A DNA stretch of 64,000 nucleotides from an uncultured bacterium. GTDB lineage: Bacteria > Gemmatimonadota > Gemmatimonadetes > Gemmatimonadales > Gemmatimonadaceae. Location of the stretch: the NCBI GenBank assembly GCA_963978095.1, contig CAXBQP010000001.1, positions 32,001-96,000 on the forward strand, in the 5' to 3' direction. Both the position numbers and the translations under genes were made by a program. Positions 11,155-20,176 of the stretch are shown here, in pieces. Positions within the stretch are counted from its first letter, which is position 1. Each line of letters starts with the position of its first letter. The notes beneath the pieces are model-generated. The model did not search any database and was not told the DNA's origin. It was given only the letters and a program-made list of their open reading frames with translations.

Positions 11155-11550
11155 ATGCGTAAGATGCTTGCGGCAGCAGCGATGGTGGTGGTGATGGCCG
11201 GTACGGCAGCGGCCCAGGGCGGCGGCATGGGTGGCGGCGGCGGCCGCGGCGCGATGAGCCCGGAGCAGATGCAGGCCATGATGGAGCAGCAGGTCAACAC
11301 GATGTTCAAGGACATCACGATCACGGACGACCAGAAGAAGGCCGCGATCGGCATCATCACGGCGGCCCAGGCGGCCAACCGCGGCATCGACCGTCAGGCG
11401 CCGGACGCGCAGGAGCAGCGCGCCAAGGTGACGACGAAGCGCAACGAAGACCTCGCCGCGCTCCTCAAGAGCGATGCCGACAAGGCCAAGCTCGCCGAGA
11501 ACATCAAGAACATGCCGCAGGGTCGCGGTCGCGGCCCGGGCGCGCTCTAA
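11155..11550 (+). CDS. Small secreted helical protein, Spy/CpxP-like
   Basis: GGAGGA RBS; signal peptide ending AAA|Q; Gly/Met-rich ends; ITITDDQKK and LLKSDADKAK repeats resembling LTxxQ motifs. Confidence 0.65.
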   Translation: MRKMLAAAAMVVVMAGTAAAQGGGMGGGGGRGAMSPEQMQAMMEQQVNTMFKDITITDDQKKAAIGIITAAQAANRGIDRQAPDAQEQRAKVTTKRNEDLAALLKSDADKAKLAENIKNMPQGRGRGPGAL

Positions 11551-11571
11551 GCAAGCCCGCTGTAGATGGAC

Positions 11572-11605
11572 CGAAGGGGGAGCGGCCACGGCTGCTCCCC
11601 CTTCG
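11572..11605. terminator. Stem-loop between convergent genes, probable bidirectional terminator
   Basis: CGAAGGGGGAGCGGC-CACG-GCTGCTCCCCCTTCG. Confidence 0.7.
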
Positions 11606-11630
11606 TGCATCCCCCCACCACCGCCTGACG

Positions 11631-12440
11631 CTATTTGCCCTCGGCGATCGCCTTGGCCGCCACCCGGTCGACCAGACCGGGCAGGAGCAGCTTCAGCCAG
11701 ACGCCGAACTTCCCGCGGGCCGTCATCACCAGCTCACGTTTCCGGGCTGCCGCGGCCGCCACGCAGCGCGCGGCGCAGTCCTCGGCGGTCATCGCGTCCT
11801 GCATGCGGATGGGGACCACTCCGAGCGGCTGTCCCGTCGCGCTCAGGTTGCGCCCCTGAGCGCCCGTCGCGACAAAGCCGGGATGCACCATCGTGATCGT
11901 CACCCCCGTTCCAGCAAGTTCGATCCGCAGCGAGTCGAAGAACCCGCCCATCGCATGCTTGCTCGCCGCATAGCCACTCCGGAGCGGCACGCCGGTGCGC
12001 CCCGCAAGACTCGACACGCAGAGGATCCGCCCTCGCGACACCTTGAGGTATGGGAGCGCCGCATGGGTGCAGTAGACAGCCCCGAGGTAGTTCACCCGGA
12101 GGACGCGCTCGAAGATCGTCAGGTCCCGCACCTCATCCACACGCGACCACATGCCGAGTCCGGCATTGTTCACCAGCAGGTCGATCCGCTCGTACGCGGC
12201 CACCGCCCGGTCGATGAGTGCCGCACACGCTGCCGGGTCGGTCACGTCGGTCGGCACAACGAGGACATCCGCCGCGCCCGCCGCGCGGCAGGCACGGGCG
12301 ACCCGATCCAGCTCATCGGCTCGGCGTGCCGCCAACACCAAGCGCGCGCCCTGCGCGGAGAGCTGAAGGGCGATGGCCTCCCCGATGCCGTGCGACGCGC
12401 CGGTCAGCACCGCCGCCGCGCCGCGGAATGCGTGAATCAT
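11631..12440 (-). CDS. Short-chain dehydrogenase/reductase (SDR)
   Basis: TGASHGIG, VNNAG and YAASK motifs. Confidence 0.92.
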   Translation of the reverse strand: MIHAFRGAAAVLTGASHGIGEAIALQLSAQGARLVLAARRADELDRVARACRAAGAADVLVVPTDVTDPAACAALIDRAVAAYERIDLLVNNAGLGMWSRVDEVRDLTIFERVLRVNYLGAVYCTHAALPYLKVSRGRILCVSSLAGRTGVPLRSGYAASKHAMGGFFDSLRIELAGTGVTITMVHPGFVATGAQGRNLSATGQPLGVVPIRMQDAMTAEDCAARCVAAAAARKRELVMTARGKFGVWLKLLLPGLVDRVAAKAIAEGK

Positions 12441-12462
12441 GACATCCCTGCCGCTGCCCGAA

Positions 12463-12861
12463 TCACGGGCGGGCCCCACGGGACTCATCGACCGCGCCGA
12501 TCGCCTGCACTTCGATCTGGTAGCCGAAGTGCAGCGCGTTCACCGGAACGACCGCGCGCGCCGGACGATGCTCTCCCATCACGGCGGCGTACACGGCGTT
12601 GACGCGCCCCCAGAGCGACATGTCCGAGATGTAGATCGTCATCTGGCAGACCCGTGCAAGGGAACTGCCCGAGGCCTCGAGGATGGCACCGACGTTCCGG
12701 AGCACCTGCTCGGTCTGCACTTCGATCGTCCCGACCGTGTGCGTGGTCTGGCCAGGAACGATCGGAAGCTGGCCGGCCACGAATACCAGTCCCCCGTGGA
12801 CAATGGCCTGCGAGTAGTGCCCGCCCGCTGCGGGTGCGTGTGGCGTGCTGATGCTGTGCAT
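12463..12861 (-). CDS. RidA/YjgF family protein
   Basis: GGHYSQA, VFVAGQLP, HRPARAVVPV, IEVQAI. Confidence 0.9.
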   Translation of the reverse strand: MHSISTPHAPAAGGHYSQAIVHGGLVFVAGQLPIVPGQTTHTVGTIEVQTEQVLRNVGAILEASGSSLARVCQMTIYISDMSLWGRVNAVYAAVMGEHRPARAVVPVNALHFGYQIEVQAIGAVDESRGARP

Positions 12862-12983
12862 GGTCGTCGTTCCGATAGAAGATGTCGCAAGAATCGAAGT
12901 TCCCGAAACATGGGGGCTGGTTCGGTCGCTCGCACCGGGGCGCCCCGCCCCCGCTCGGCTCTCGGGGGCCTTATCTTTCATCG

Positions 12984-13703
12984 ATGACCACTGTTGACGT
13001 ACTGGCGATCGCCGCGCATCGCGACGACGTTGAGCTGACCTGCGGCGGCACCATGGCCAAGCTGGCCCGCCAGGGGCACACGACCGGCATCCTGGACCTC
13101 ACCCAGGGGGAGATGGGAAGTCGCGGGTCGGCGCAGATACGCGCCAAGGAAGCGTCCGTCGCCGCGTCGGTGCTGGGGGTGACGCTTCGTGAGAATCTCG
13201 AACTCCCCGATGCCGGGATCGTCAACACCCCGGAGACCCGCCTCCTCCTCGCCAAGGTCATTCGGAGGACGCGTCCCAGAATCGTGATCGCCCCGGCACC
13301 TCGGGGGCGCCACCCGGATCATCGCGTCGCCGCGCAACTGATCCGCGATGCCTGCTTCCTGGCCGGCCTCAAGAAACTCGACGCCGAGCACGCACCACAC
13401 CGACCGCTGAAGGTCATTCACAGCGTCACGTTCCGGGAGGATCAGGTCAAGCCCAGCTTCGTCGTGGACATCACCGACGAGTTCGAGACCAAGCTCAAGG
13501 CCATTCGCTGCTATGCCTCGCAGTTCGACGGGCTGACGCAGGCCGGCGAAGTCTATCCCAACGGGGAACCGCTGTACGACATCATCCGGCACCAATCGGC
13601 GCACTACGGGTCGCTCATCCGGTGCCGGTATGGCGAACCCTTCTTCACCTATGAAACCCAGCGCGTGGACGACATCACGACGCTGGACGTCTCCACCTTC
13701 TGA
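12984..13703 (+). CDS. bshB1: Bacillithiol biosynthesis deacetylase BshB1 (PIG-L/LmbE family)
   Basis: AHRDDVELTCGGT, DLTQGEMGSRG, RHPDH, KAIRCYASQF, YGEPF. Confidence 0.8.
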   Translation: MTTVDVLAIAAHRDDVELTCGGTMAKLARQGHTTGILDLTQGEMGSRGSAQIRAKEASVAASVLGVTLRENLELPDAGIVNTPETRLLLAKVIRRTRPRIVIAPAPRGRHPDHRVAAQLIRDACFLAGLKKLDAEHAPHRPLKVIHSVTFREDQVKPSFVVDITDEFETKLKAIRCYASQFDGLTQAGEVYPNGEPLYDIIRHQSAHYGSLIRCRYGEPFFTYETQRVDDITTLDVSTF

Positions 13704-13759
13704 CGCTCGCGTGGCGCGCGCGTGGTGACGGTCCCCCGAGCGCGCTCTATATTTCCGCC

Positions 13760-14917
13760 ATGAACGAACCGATCTATCTCGATCACGCGGCCACGACGCC
13801 GGTGCGCCCCGAGGTGCTCGCGGCCATGGAGCCGTACTTCGGGGTCCGCTTCGGCAACCCATCCAGCGCGCATCGCTGGGGACGTGAAGCGCGAGCGGCG
13901 CTCGACGAATCCCGCGAGCGCGTCGCCCGTTGCATCGGCGCGCATCCCGACGAGCTCTGCTTCACTTCGGGCGGGACCGAGGGAGACAACCTGGCCATCC
14001 TCGGTGGCTGGCGCGTCCTGAAACCGAAGGGGCGCAACGCGATCGCGACCTCTCCGATCGAGCACAAGGCGGTGCTGGCCTCGGTGCACAAAGCGGCCGC
14101 CGAGGGGGCGGAGGAGCGCCTGCTCGCGGTGGACGCCGCCGGTACGGTCTCCATGGATTCGGCGCGCGACCTGGTGCGGGCGGACACCGCCCTGTGCTCC
14201 GTGATGTGGGTCAACAACGAGATCGGTACCATCCAGCCGATCGAGGCGCTTGCGGCGCACTGCCGATCGGTCGGTGCGATCTTTCATACCGACGCCGTAC
14301 AGGCCTTCGGAAAGGTCGACATCGACGCTCGCAAGGTCCCCTTCGATTTTCTCGCCATCAGCGGCCACAAGATCGGTGCCCCGAAAGGCAGCGGCGCCAT
14401 GTTCATTCGTCGCGGTACGCCGCTCGAACCGCTCTTCTTCGGGGGATCGCAGGACCGCGGTCGTCGGCCGGGCACGGAGAATGTGGCCTACGCCGTCGGA
14501 CTGGCGACTGCCGCCGAGCTCGCGGTCGTCGAACATGCGGCGGAGTGCGCACGCCTGGGGGCGCTGCGCGACCGCCTGGAGGAGGCCATCCTCGCTGCGA
14601 TTCCGGACGCCGTCGTGCACGGACGCGGCGCCCCGCGCGCCACGCACGTGCTCAACGTGAGCATCCCGGGCACCGACAGCGAATCGATGCTGATGGCGCT
14701 CGACCTGCAGGGTGTGGCCGCGAGTGGCGGCTCGGCGTGTCAGAGCGGGAGTGTCGAGCCGTCCCATGTGCTGCGCGCGCTCGGCGTGCGCGCCGACCTC
14801 GCGGGCGCGGCGATCCGCATGAGCGTCGGCGCCCTCACCACGGACGCGGCCATCGACCGCGTGATCCAGCTCTTCCCCGCCCTCGCGCTGAAGGCTCGCG
14901 GACTCTCGGCGGTCTGA
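13760..14917 (+). CDS. iscS: Cysteine desulfurase (IscS/NifS group I)
   Basis: YLDHAATTP, GNPSSAH, HTDAVQ, SGHKIGAPKG, SGGSACQS. Confidence 0.9.
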   Translation: MNEPIYLDHAATTPVRPEVLAAMEPYFGVRFGNPSSAHRWGREARAALDESRERVARCIGAHPDELCFTSGGTEGDNLAILGGWRVLKPKGRNAIATSPIEHKAVLASVHKAAAEGAEERLLAVDAAGTVSMDSARDLVRADTALCSVMWVNNEIGTIQPIEALAAHCRSVGAIFHTDAVQAFGKVDIDARKVPFDFLAISGHKIGAPKGSGAMFIRRGTPLEPLFFGGSQDRGRRPGTENVAYAVGLATAAELAVVEHAAECARLGALRDRLEEAILAAIPDAVVHGRGAPRATHVLNVSIPGTDSESMLMALDLQGVAASGGSACQSGSVEPSHVLRALGVRADLAGAAIRMSVGALTTDAAIDRVIQLFPALALKARGLSAV

Positions 14918-14921
14918 GACG

Positions 14922-16037
14922 ATGAGGGAGCGGGTGCTGGTCGCGATGAGCGGCGGCGTCGATTCCAGCGTGGCCGCCGCGATGCTCGTGCGCGCCGGCT
15001 ACGACGTGGTGGGCGCCACCATGAAGCTCTATCGCGACGGCGCCGAGGTCCCCGACAAACCCTGCTGCTCGCTCGACAGCGTGAATGACGCCCGTCGCAT
15101 CTGCGAGAAACTCGGCGTGCCGCACTACGTGTTGAACCTGGAGAGCGCGTTCGGCCACGATGTGGTGGACGATTTCGTGAATGAATATGCGAACGGCCGC
15201 ACGCCGATCCCCTGCGTGCGCTGCAATACGTTCACCAAGTTTCGCGACTTGGTCGTGAAGGCCGATGGGATCGACGCGCAGTACGTCGCCACCGGGCACT
15301 ATGCGCGCATCGTGGACGGCCGCTTGCATCGGGGCACCGATGCGAACAAGGACCAGACCTACTTTCTCTGGGGCATCGACCGATCCGCCTTGTCGCGAAT
15401 GCTGCTCCCGATCGGCGAAATGACCAAACCCGAGACCCGGGCCCTCGCGGAGGAGCTCGGGCTGCATTTGGTCGCGCAGAAGCCGGAGAGCCAGGAGATC
15501 TGCTTCGTGCCCGACGGCAACTATGCGGCGATCCTCGAGCAGAAGCTCGGAGCGGACGCCCCATCGCTGGCGAGCGGCCCATTCATCACGCGCGACGGCA
15601 CCGTGATCGGGACACACGACGGCTTCGCCCGCTTCACCATCGGTCAGCGGCGCGGACTGCCAGGCGGTTACGCCGAACCGATGTTCGTGACGGCCATTCG
15701 TCCGGAGGAGCGCGCGGTCGTTGTGGGCCCACGCGAGGAGCTGCTCGGCCGCGGGCTCGTCGTGCGTGCGACCAACTGGCTGGTCTCTCCCGCGCCATCG
15801 GTGGGCGATCGCGTGGGCGTTCGCGTCCGCCATCGGGCGCCGATCGCCGATGCTGAGATCGTCCGCCTCGAGGGGGCGGAGGTCGAACTCGCCCTCGAGG
15901 AACCAGTCTCCGCCATCGCGCCTGGGCAATCGGCCGTGTTCTACGCTGGGGCCGCCGTGCTTGGCGGCGGCGTCATCGAGGCGTCGCGCGGCACCCGACC
16001 GTCGCGCGCCCCCCTCCCCTTGGCCCGAGCAACCTAG
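14922..16037 (+). CDS. mnmA: tRNA 2-thiouridine(34) synthase MnmA
   Basis: SGGVDSS, TPIPCVRCN, ATGHYAR, KDQTYFL, ESQEICF, TIGQRRGL, PGQSAVFY. Confidence 0.96.
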   Translation: MRERVLVAMSGGVDSSVAAAMLVRAGYDVVGATMKLYRDGAEVPDKPCCSLDSVNDARRICEKLGVPHYVLNLESAFGHDVVDDFVNEYANGRTPIPCVRCNTFTKFRDLVVKADGIDAQYVATGHYARIVDGRLHRGTDANKDQTYFLWGIDRSALSRMLLPIGEMTKPETRALAEELGLHLVAQKPESQEICFVPDGNYAAILEQKLGADAPSLASGPFITRDGTVIGTHDGFARFTIGQRRGLPGGYAEPMFVTAIRPEERAVVVGPREELLGRGLVVRATNWLVSPAPSVGDRVGVRVRHRAPIADAEIVRLEGAEVELALEEPVSAIAPGQSAVFYAGAAVLGGGVIEASRGTRPSRAPLPLARAT

Positions 16038-16149
16038 GCCATGAAGGCGTGTCCCGCGTGCTGAAAATGCTACTGTAAATTATTTATACATTGTTGTTCT
16101 TCTGGTCTGCACGTAGCGTAGCATAGTCAACCGGGGGCTGTACACGCGC

Positions 16150-16434
16150 TTGCTGCAGAAAGTCGTCGAGACGCAATCGGATGCCGCCGCCCGGATCCGC
16201 GTGCAACTCGAGGCGAACGACGAGGCGGGGGCGGCCCGCGAACTCCACACGCTGCGCGGCGCGGCCGGCAACCTGGGACTGACGGAAGTCGCGGCGCACG
16301 CCAGTCAACTCGAGACCGCCATCAGACAGGGGCGCGACACCACCAGCCCGTTCCTGATTTTCGAGGCGACCCTCGCGCGCACGATGGACGTGATCGCGAA
16401 GGGATTGGCCGACGTCACCACCGCAGCGCGATAG
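16150..16434 (+). CDS. Stand-alone or remnant Hpt (histidine phosphotransfer) domain; start uncertain
   Basis: ARELHTLRGAAGNLG..VAAHASQLE motif. Homology-like sequence (NRGLYTR) continues upstream of the TTG; in-frame TAG at 16114-16116. Confidence 0.6.
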   Translation: MLQKVVETQSDAAARIRVQLEANDEAGAARELHTLRGAAGNLGLTEVAAHASQLETAIRQGRDTTSPFLIFEATLARTMDVIAKGLADVTTAAR

Positions 16435-16489
16435 ACGCGCCACGCACGGCATCGGGTGCGCACCTCATCCGATGCGCATCCAGGCACGG

Positions 16490-17011
16490 CTAGAACCCGA
16501 CGCCGATCCCCCACGTGAACAGCCCGCGCGGCGCACTCCCGCCGCTGGTGCGCACGAAGTAGCCGATGCGAGGAGAGATCCCCACGAGATACGCCCCACC
16601 GCCCTCGATCCCCACGTACGTGGCGTTCGGAGTGCCACCGTTCGGCGCGCCGAAGGTACGGAGCAGCGCCAGCTGACCGAACCAGAACGTCCCCATCGCA
16701 CCGAGGTAGCGATGGTATCCCAGGCCGAGTGAACCGGCGCCGAGCCCGAGGCGCGCGGACACCCAGCTGCACTGCAGGGCCTCACTCGTCGCGCTCGTTC
16801 GATTCAGGCGCGACTCGCGCCCGTAGGCCCAGTCCACGCCGACACGCTGTGGGCCGCCAACGGTCACATTGGCCAAGCACGCGCCCCACCGGGGAAAGCC
16901 GTCACGCGCATCATGCTTGGTGAACGTGTATTGTGCCTGCGCGCGCGCCGGCACGAGCAACAGCAGCACCATCGCGGCGAGCGCCACTCCCGGCCCGCCG
17001 CCGCGACGCAT
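16490..17011 (-). CDS. Small outer-membrane beta-barrel-like protein
   Basis: Signal peptide ending ARA|Q, alternating hydrophobic strands, C-terminal FTWGIGVGF; start overlaps the dnaJ stop. Confidence 0.65.
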   Translation of the reverse strand: MRRGGGPGVALAAMVLLLLVPARAQAQYTFTKHDARDGFPRWGACLANVTVGGPQRVGVDWAYGRESRLNRTSATSEALQCSWVSARLGLGAGSLGLGYHRYLGAMGTFWFGQLALLRTFGAPNGGTPNATYVGIEGGGAYLVGISPRIGYFVRTSGGSAPRGLFTWGIGVGF

Positions 17012-18144
17012 CAGCGTTCGAGCCCCGCCGACTCGGCGAAGCGCTCGATCAGCCGGATCTCCTCGGCCGACAGTTTCTCGGGCACCACGATCTCCACTTC
17101 GACCAGCAGATCCCCCTGCTTGCCGTCCTTCGTGATACCCTGTCCGCGCACGCGGAAGCGCTTCCCGCTGGACGTTCCTGGCGGGATCTTGATCGCCACG
17201 GTCTTCTCGTCCGGCGTTTCCACGCTCGCCTTCGAGCCCAGCAGCGCCTGGGCCACGTTGATCTTGGCGCGTGTGATCAGATCGAGTCCGTCACGCCCCC
17301 AGCGAGAATCCTCGTGCACCCGAAACGTGATCACGATATCACCCGGTGCACCGCCACGCTGCCCGCGCCCGCCCTGCCCCTTGAGACGGATCTTCCCTCC
17401 GGTGTCCACACCGGCCGGTACGGTGATCATCACCTTCCGCTTGCTGCGTGTCTCACCGGCGCCACGGCAATCCCGACATTTCTCGGACGGGAGCTGCCCC
17501 TTGCCAAGGCACAGCGGGCAGGGGCGGTTCACGGCGAACCCGCCCTGCCCGAAGGAGATCGACCCGCGGCCATTGCATTCGTGACACGGCTGGAGACGCG
17601 CGCCCTTGGCCGCGCCGGATCCGCTGCAGGTGGCGCACTCCTCATTCACCTCGAGATCGATCGGCACCTTGCCACCGGTCGCCGCGATCTTGAAGGGAAC
17701 ATCCAGCGTCGTTTCGATCGTCTGTCCCGGCTCCGGCCCCACGGGCTTCTGTCCGCGAGCGCCGCCACCACCGAACATGGAGCTGAAGAGATCGCCAAGG
17801 CCGCCGATCCCGCCGACGTCATTGATTTCGTCGAACTTGAAGTTCTGCGCGCCGCCGGGAGCGCTCCCACCGCCCGGGCGCGATCCGGCGCCAGGACGCG
17901 ACCGCGGCCCGCGAGACTCGAAGGCGCCGAGGCGACGCATCTCGTCGTACTGCGCGCGCTTCTTGGCGTCCCCCAACACCTGATACGCCTCCGAGATCTC
18001 CTTGAATCGCTCGGCGGACTTGGAATCGTTCTTGTTGGAGTCGGGGTGATGCTCCTTCGCGAGGCGCCGATACTGCGTCTTGATCTCGTCCGCCGTGGCG
18101 CGTTCCGAGACCCCCATGACGGTATAGAAATCCTTGGCGGCCAT
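17011..18144 (-). CDS. dnaJ: Chaperone DnaJ
   Basis: J-domain with HPD, G/F region, four CxxCxGxG repeats, C-terminal GDLLVEV. Confidence 0.95.
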   Translation of the reverse strand: MAAKDFYTVMGVSERATADEIKTQYRRLAKEHHPDSNKNDSKSAERFKEISEAYQVLGDAKKRAQYDEMRRLGAFESRGPRSRPGAGSRPGGGSAPGGAQNFKFDEINDVGGIGGLGDLFSSMFGGGGARGQKPVGPEPGQTIETTLDVPFKIAATGGKVPIDLEVNEECATCSGSGAAKGARLQPCHECNGRGSISFGQGGFAVNRPCPLCLGKGQLPSEKCRDCRGAGETRSKRKVMITVPAGVDTGGKIRLKGQGGRGQRGGAPGDIVITFRVHEDSRWGRDGLDLITRAKINVAQALLGSKASVETPDEKTVAIKIPPGTSSGKRFRVRGQGITKDGKQGDLLVEVEIVVPEKLSAEEIRLIERFAESAGLER

Positions 18145-18193
18145 CAGCGCGGACACCCACGAACGGCCATCACCTGCGGAGCGAACCCGCGCA

Positions 18194-18751
18194 TCATCCG
18201 TTCCACTGCTTCACGACCACGCGCGCGGGACGCAGCAGCTGCCCGTTGAACAGGTAGCCCACCTGATACACCTGCGCGACGGTGTGGTCCTCCTCGGGCG
18301 TCGCTGCCGGGACGGTCGTGAGCGCTTCGGCGACGGCGGGATCGAACCGGACGCCGAGAGGATTCACCAGCTCCAGCCCATGCCCAGCCAGCGACTTGAG
18401 CAGCTTCTTTTCCACCATTTCCGCGCCGGTCACCACTGCCGCTGATTCAACCGTGGTCGGGTCGACGTGCGCGAACCGCCCGAGGTCGTCCAGCGCATCG
18501 AGAATCCCCGCGATGAGCAATCCCATCCCCTTGTGCTCGGCTTCCTGCCGTTCCCGGACACTCCGCTTGCGAAAGTTGTCGTACTCGGCGGCCAAGCGAA
18601 GGTACTTGTCCTTCTGATCCGCGATCTGGGCCTGCAGCACGGCGAGCTCGGCCTCGAGGCCGCTGGCGACCTCCGCCGCAGGATCGAGCGGCGCAACGAA
18701 GTCGGGGTCAGGAGCGGTCGCGCCGGTCGGATTATCAGTAGAGTCGGTCAT
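18194..18751 (-). CDS. grpE: Nucleotide exchange factor GrpE
   Basis: YLRLAAEYDNFRKR, FDP, GYLFNGQLLRPARVVV; AAGGA RBS. Confidence 0.95.
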   Translation of the reverse strand: MTDSTDNPTGATAPDPDFVAPLDPAAEVASGLEAELAVLQAQIADQKDKYLRLAAEYDNFRKRSVRERQEAEHKGMGLLIAGILDALDDLGRFAHVDPTTVESAAVVTGAEMVEKKLLKSLAGHGLELVNPLGVRFDPAVAEALTTVPAATPEEDHTVAQVYQVGYLFNGQLLRPARVVVKQWNG

Positions 18752-18785
18752 GATTCCTTAAAGGTCGTCGTCCAGAGGCCCTTTC

Positions 18786-18801
18786 TGCAACGGTCGTGCC
18801 G
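18786..18801 (-). promoter_or_regulatory. Sigma54-type -24/-12 promoter for grpE-dnaJ
   Basis: Minus strand reads CGGCACGACCGTTGCA (GG-N10-GC), ending 35 nt before the grpE ATG. Confidence 0.65.
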
Positions 18802-18910
18802 CCAAACACTGTCGCGCTGTCAGCGGAGCGCGCCGATATGACGCAGCGGGGCGTGGCCGAGGGCCGACTTGGCGGGTGCCGCCTGCGACGGGGCGGCCAG
18901 GGAGAGGTGG

Positions 18911-20176
18911 CTAGACGGCTCCCTCGGGCTCGAGCAGGGCACGGCGCAGGAGGTTCAGGGCCGCCTGCGCTGCTCGACGGCGGATCTCGTCCCGGTCGCC
19001 AACCATCACTGCGCGGGTGGAGCTGATCCTCCCCTGCATGAAGAGGCCAAAGCAGACGGTGCCGACCGGCTTTTCGTCCGACCCACCCCCCGGGCCCGCG
19101 ATTCCGGTGATGCTAAGTGCCACGTCGGCAGCAGTCGCGCGGGCAGCGCCGGCTGCCATCTCCCGGGCCACGGGCTCGCTCACGGCACCGTGCTGCCGCA
19201 ACAGCTCCGCGTCCACGGAAAGCAACCGCTCCTTGATCCCATTGGCATAGGCGATCACCCCGCCCAGCACCACGTCACTCGACCCCGGAATCGCGGTCAG
19301 CCGAGCGCCGAGCAGTCCACCGGTGCAACTCTCGGCGACGGCGAGCATCAGACCGCGCACGCGGAGAGCATCCAGGACGACAGCCGCGAGGTCGGTGTCC
19401 CCTTCGCCGTACGTCGCCGGGCCCACGATCTCGAGCAGCGCCGCACCGGCACGTTCCAGCGCGACCGCAGCATCGGCCGCGGTACGGCCGCGCGATGTGA
19501 GTCGCAGATCGACCCCTTCCCAGCCCGGCAGGTATGCCAGTCCGACCCCTTCGGGATTCTTGGCCAGCAATCCCAGTTGGTCGGCGATCGCCGATTCACC
19601 GACGCCTGTCGTCCGCAGCGTCCGCGACACGATCACCGTCGGGTCACCTGTCACGCGCGCGCGAATGAGCGGGAGGAGCTGGTCGGCCAGCATGCCGCGC
19701 ATCTCGCGAGGCACCCCCGGGAGCATGGCAACCCAGCGGCCGCGCTCGTCCTCCAACCAGATTCCCGGCGCCGTGCCGTGCCCGTTGGCGAGAATCCTCG
19801 CGCCGGCGGGGATCATCGCTTGCTGATAGTTCGAGCGCGGCAGATCGCCGCTGCGCCCCCACGCTTTCCAGCGCGCCTTGAGCGCGTCGATGATCGCGTC
19901 GTGCTGCTCCATCGGACGACCGAAGATCGCGGCGATCGACTCCTTGGTCATGTCGTCGGAGGTCGGACCGAGCCCGCCCGTCGTGATCACGGCGCCGGTC
20001 CGCTCGAGCGCCTCCCGGACCGCGGCCGCGATCTCGAGCGCGCTGTCGCCACAGGTCTGCCGACGGATGATCTGGACCCCGATGGAGGCCAGCTGCCGCG
20101 CCAGATGTGCCGCGTTGGTATCGATGGTGAATCCGAGCAACAGCTCGTCACCAATCGTGACGATTTCGACGTTCAT
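18911..20176 (-). CDS. cinA: Competence/damage-inducible protein A (MoCF + CinA/PncC domains)
   Basis: IGDELLLG, TGGLGPTSDD, LPGVPREM, AESCTGG, SITGIAGPGG. Confidence 0.95.
   Translation of the reverse strand: MNVEIVTIGDELLLGFTIDTNAAHLARQLASIGVQIIRRQTCGDSALEIAAAVREALERTGAVITTGGLGPTSDDMTKESIAAIFGRPMEQHDAIIDALKARWKAWGRSGDLPRSNYQQAMIPAGARILANGHGTAPGIWLEDERGRWVAMLPGVPREMRGMLADQLLPLIRARVTGDPTVIVSRTLRTTGVGESAIADQLGLLAKNPEGVGLAYLPGWEGVDLRLTSRGRTAADAAVALERAGAALLEIVGPATYGEGDTDLAAVVLDALRVRGLMLAVAESCTGGLLGARLTAIPGSSDVVLGGVIAYANGIKERLLSVDAELLRQHGAVSEPVAREMAAGAARATAADVALSITGIAGPGGGSDEKPVGTVCFGLFMQGRISSTRAVMVGDRDEIRRRAAQAALNLLRRALLEPEGAV

Noticed and set aside
16070..16101. AT-rich palindrome as a LexA box or dif site
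   Set aside because: The CTGT...ACAT spacing is 11 rather than 8, and only the TGTATA core resembles dif; the XerC/XerD arms do not match.
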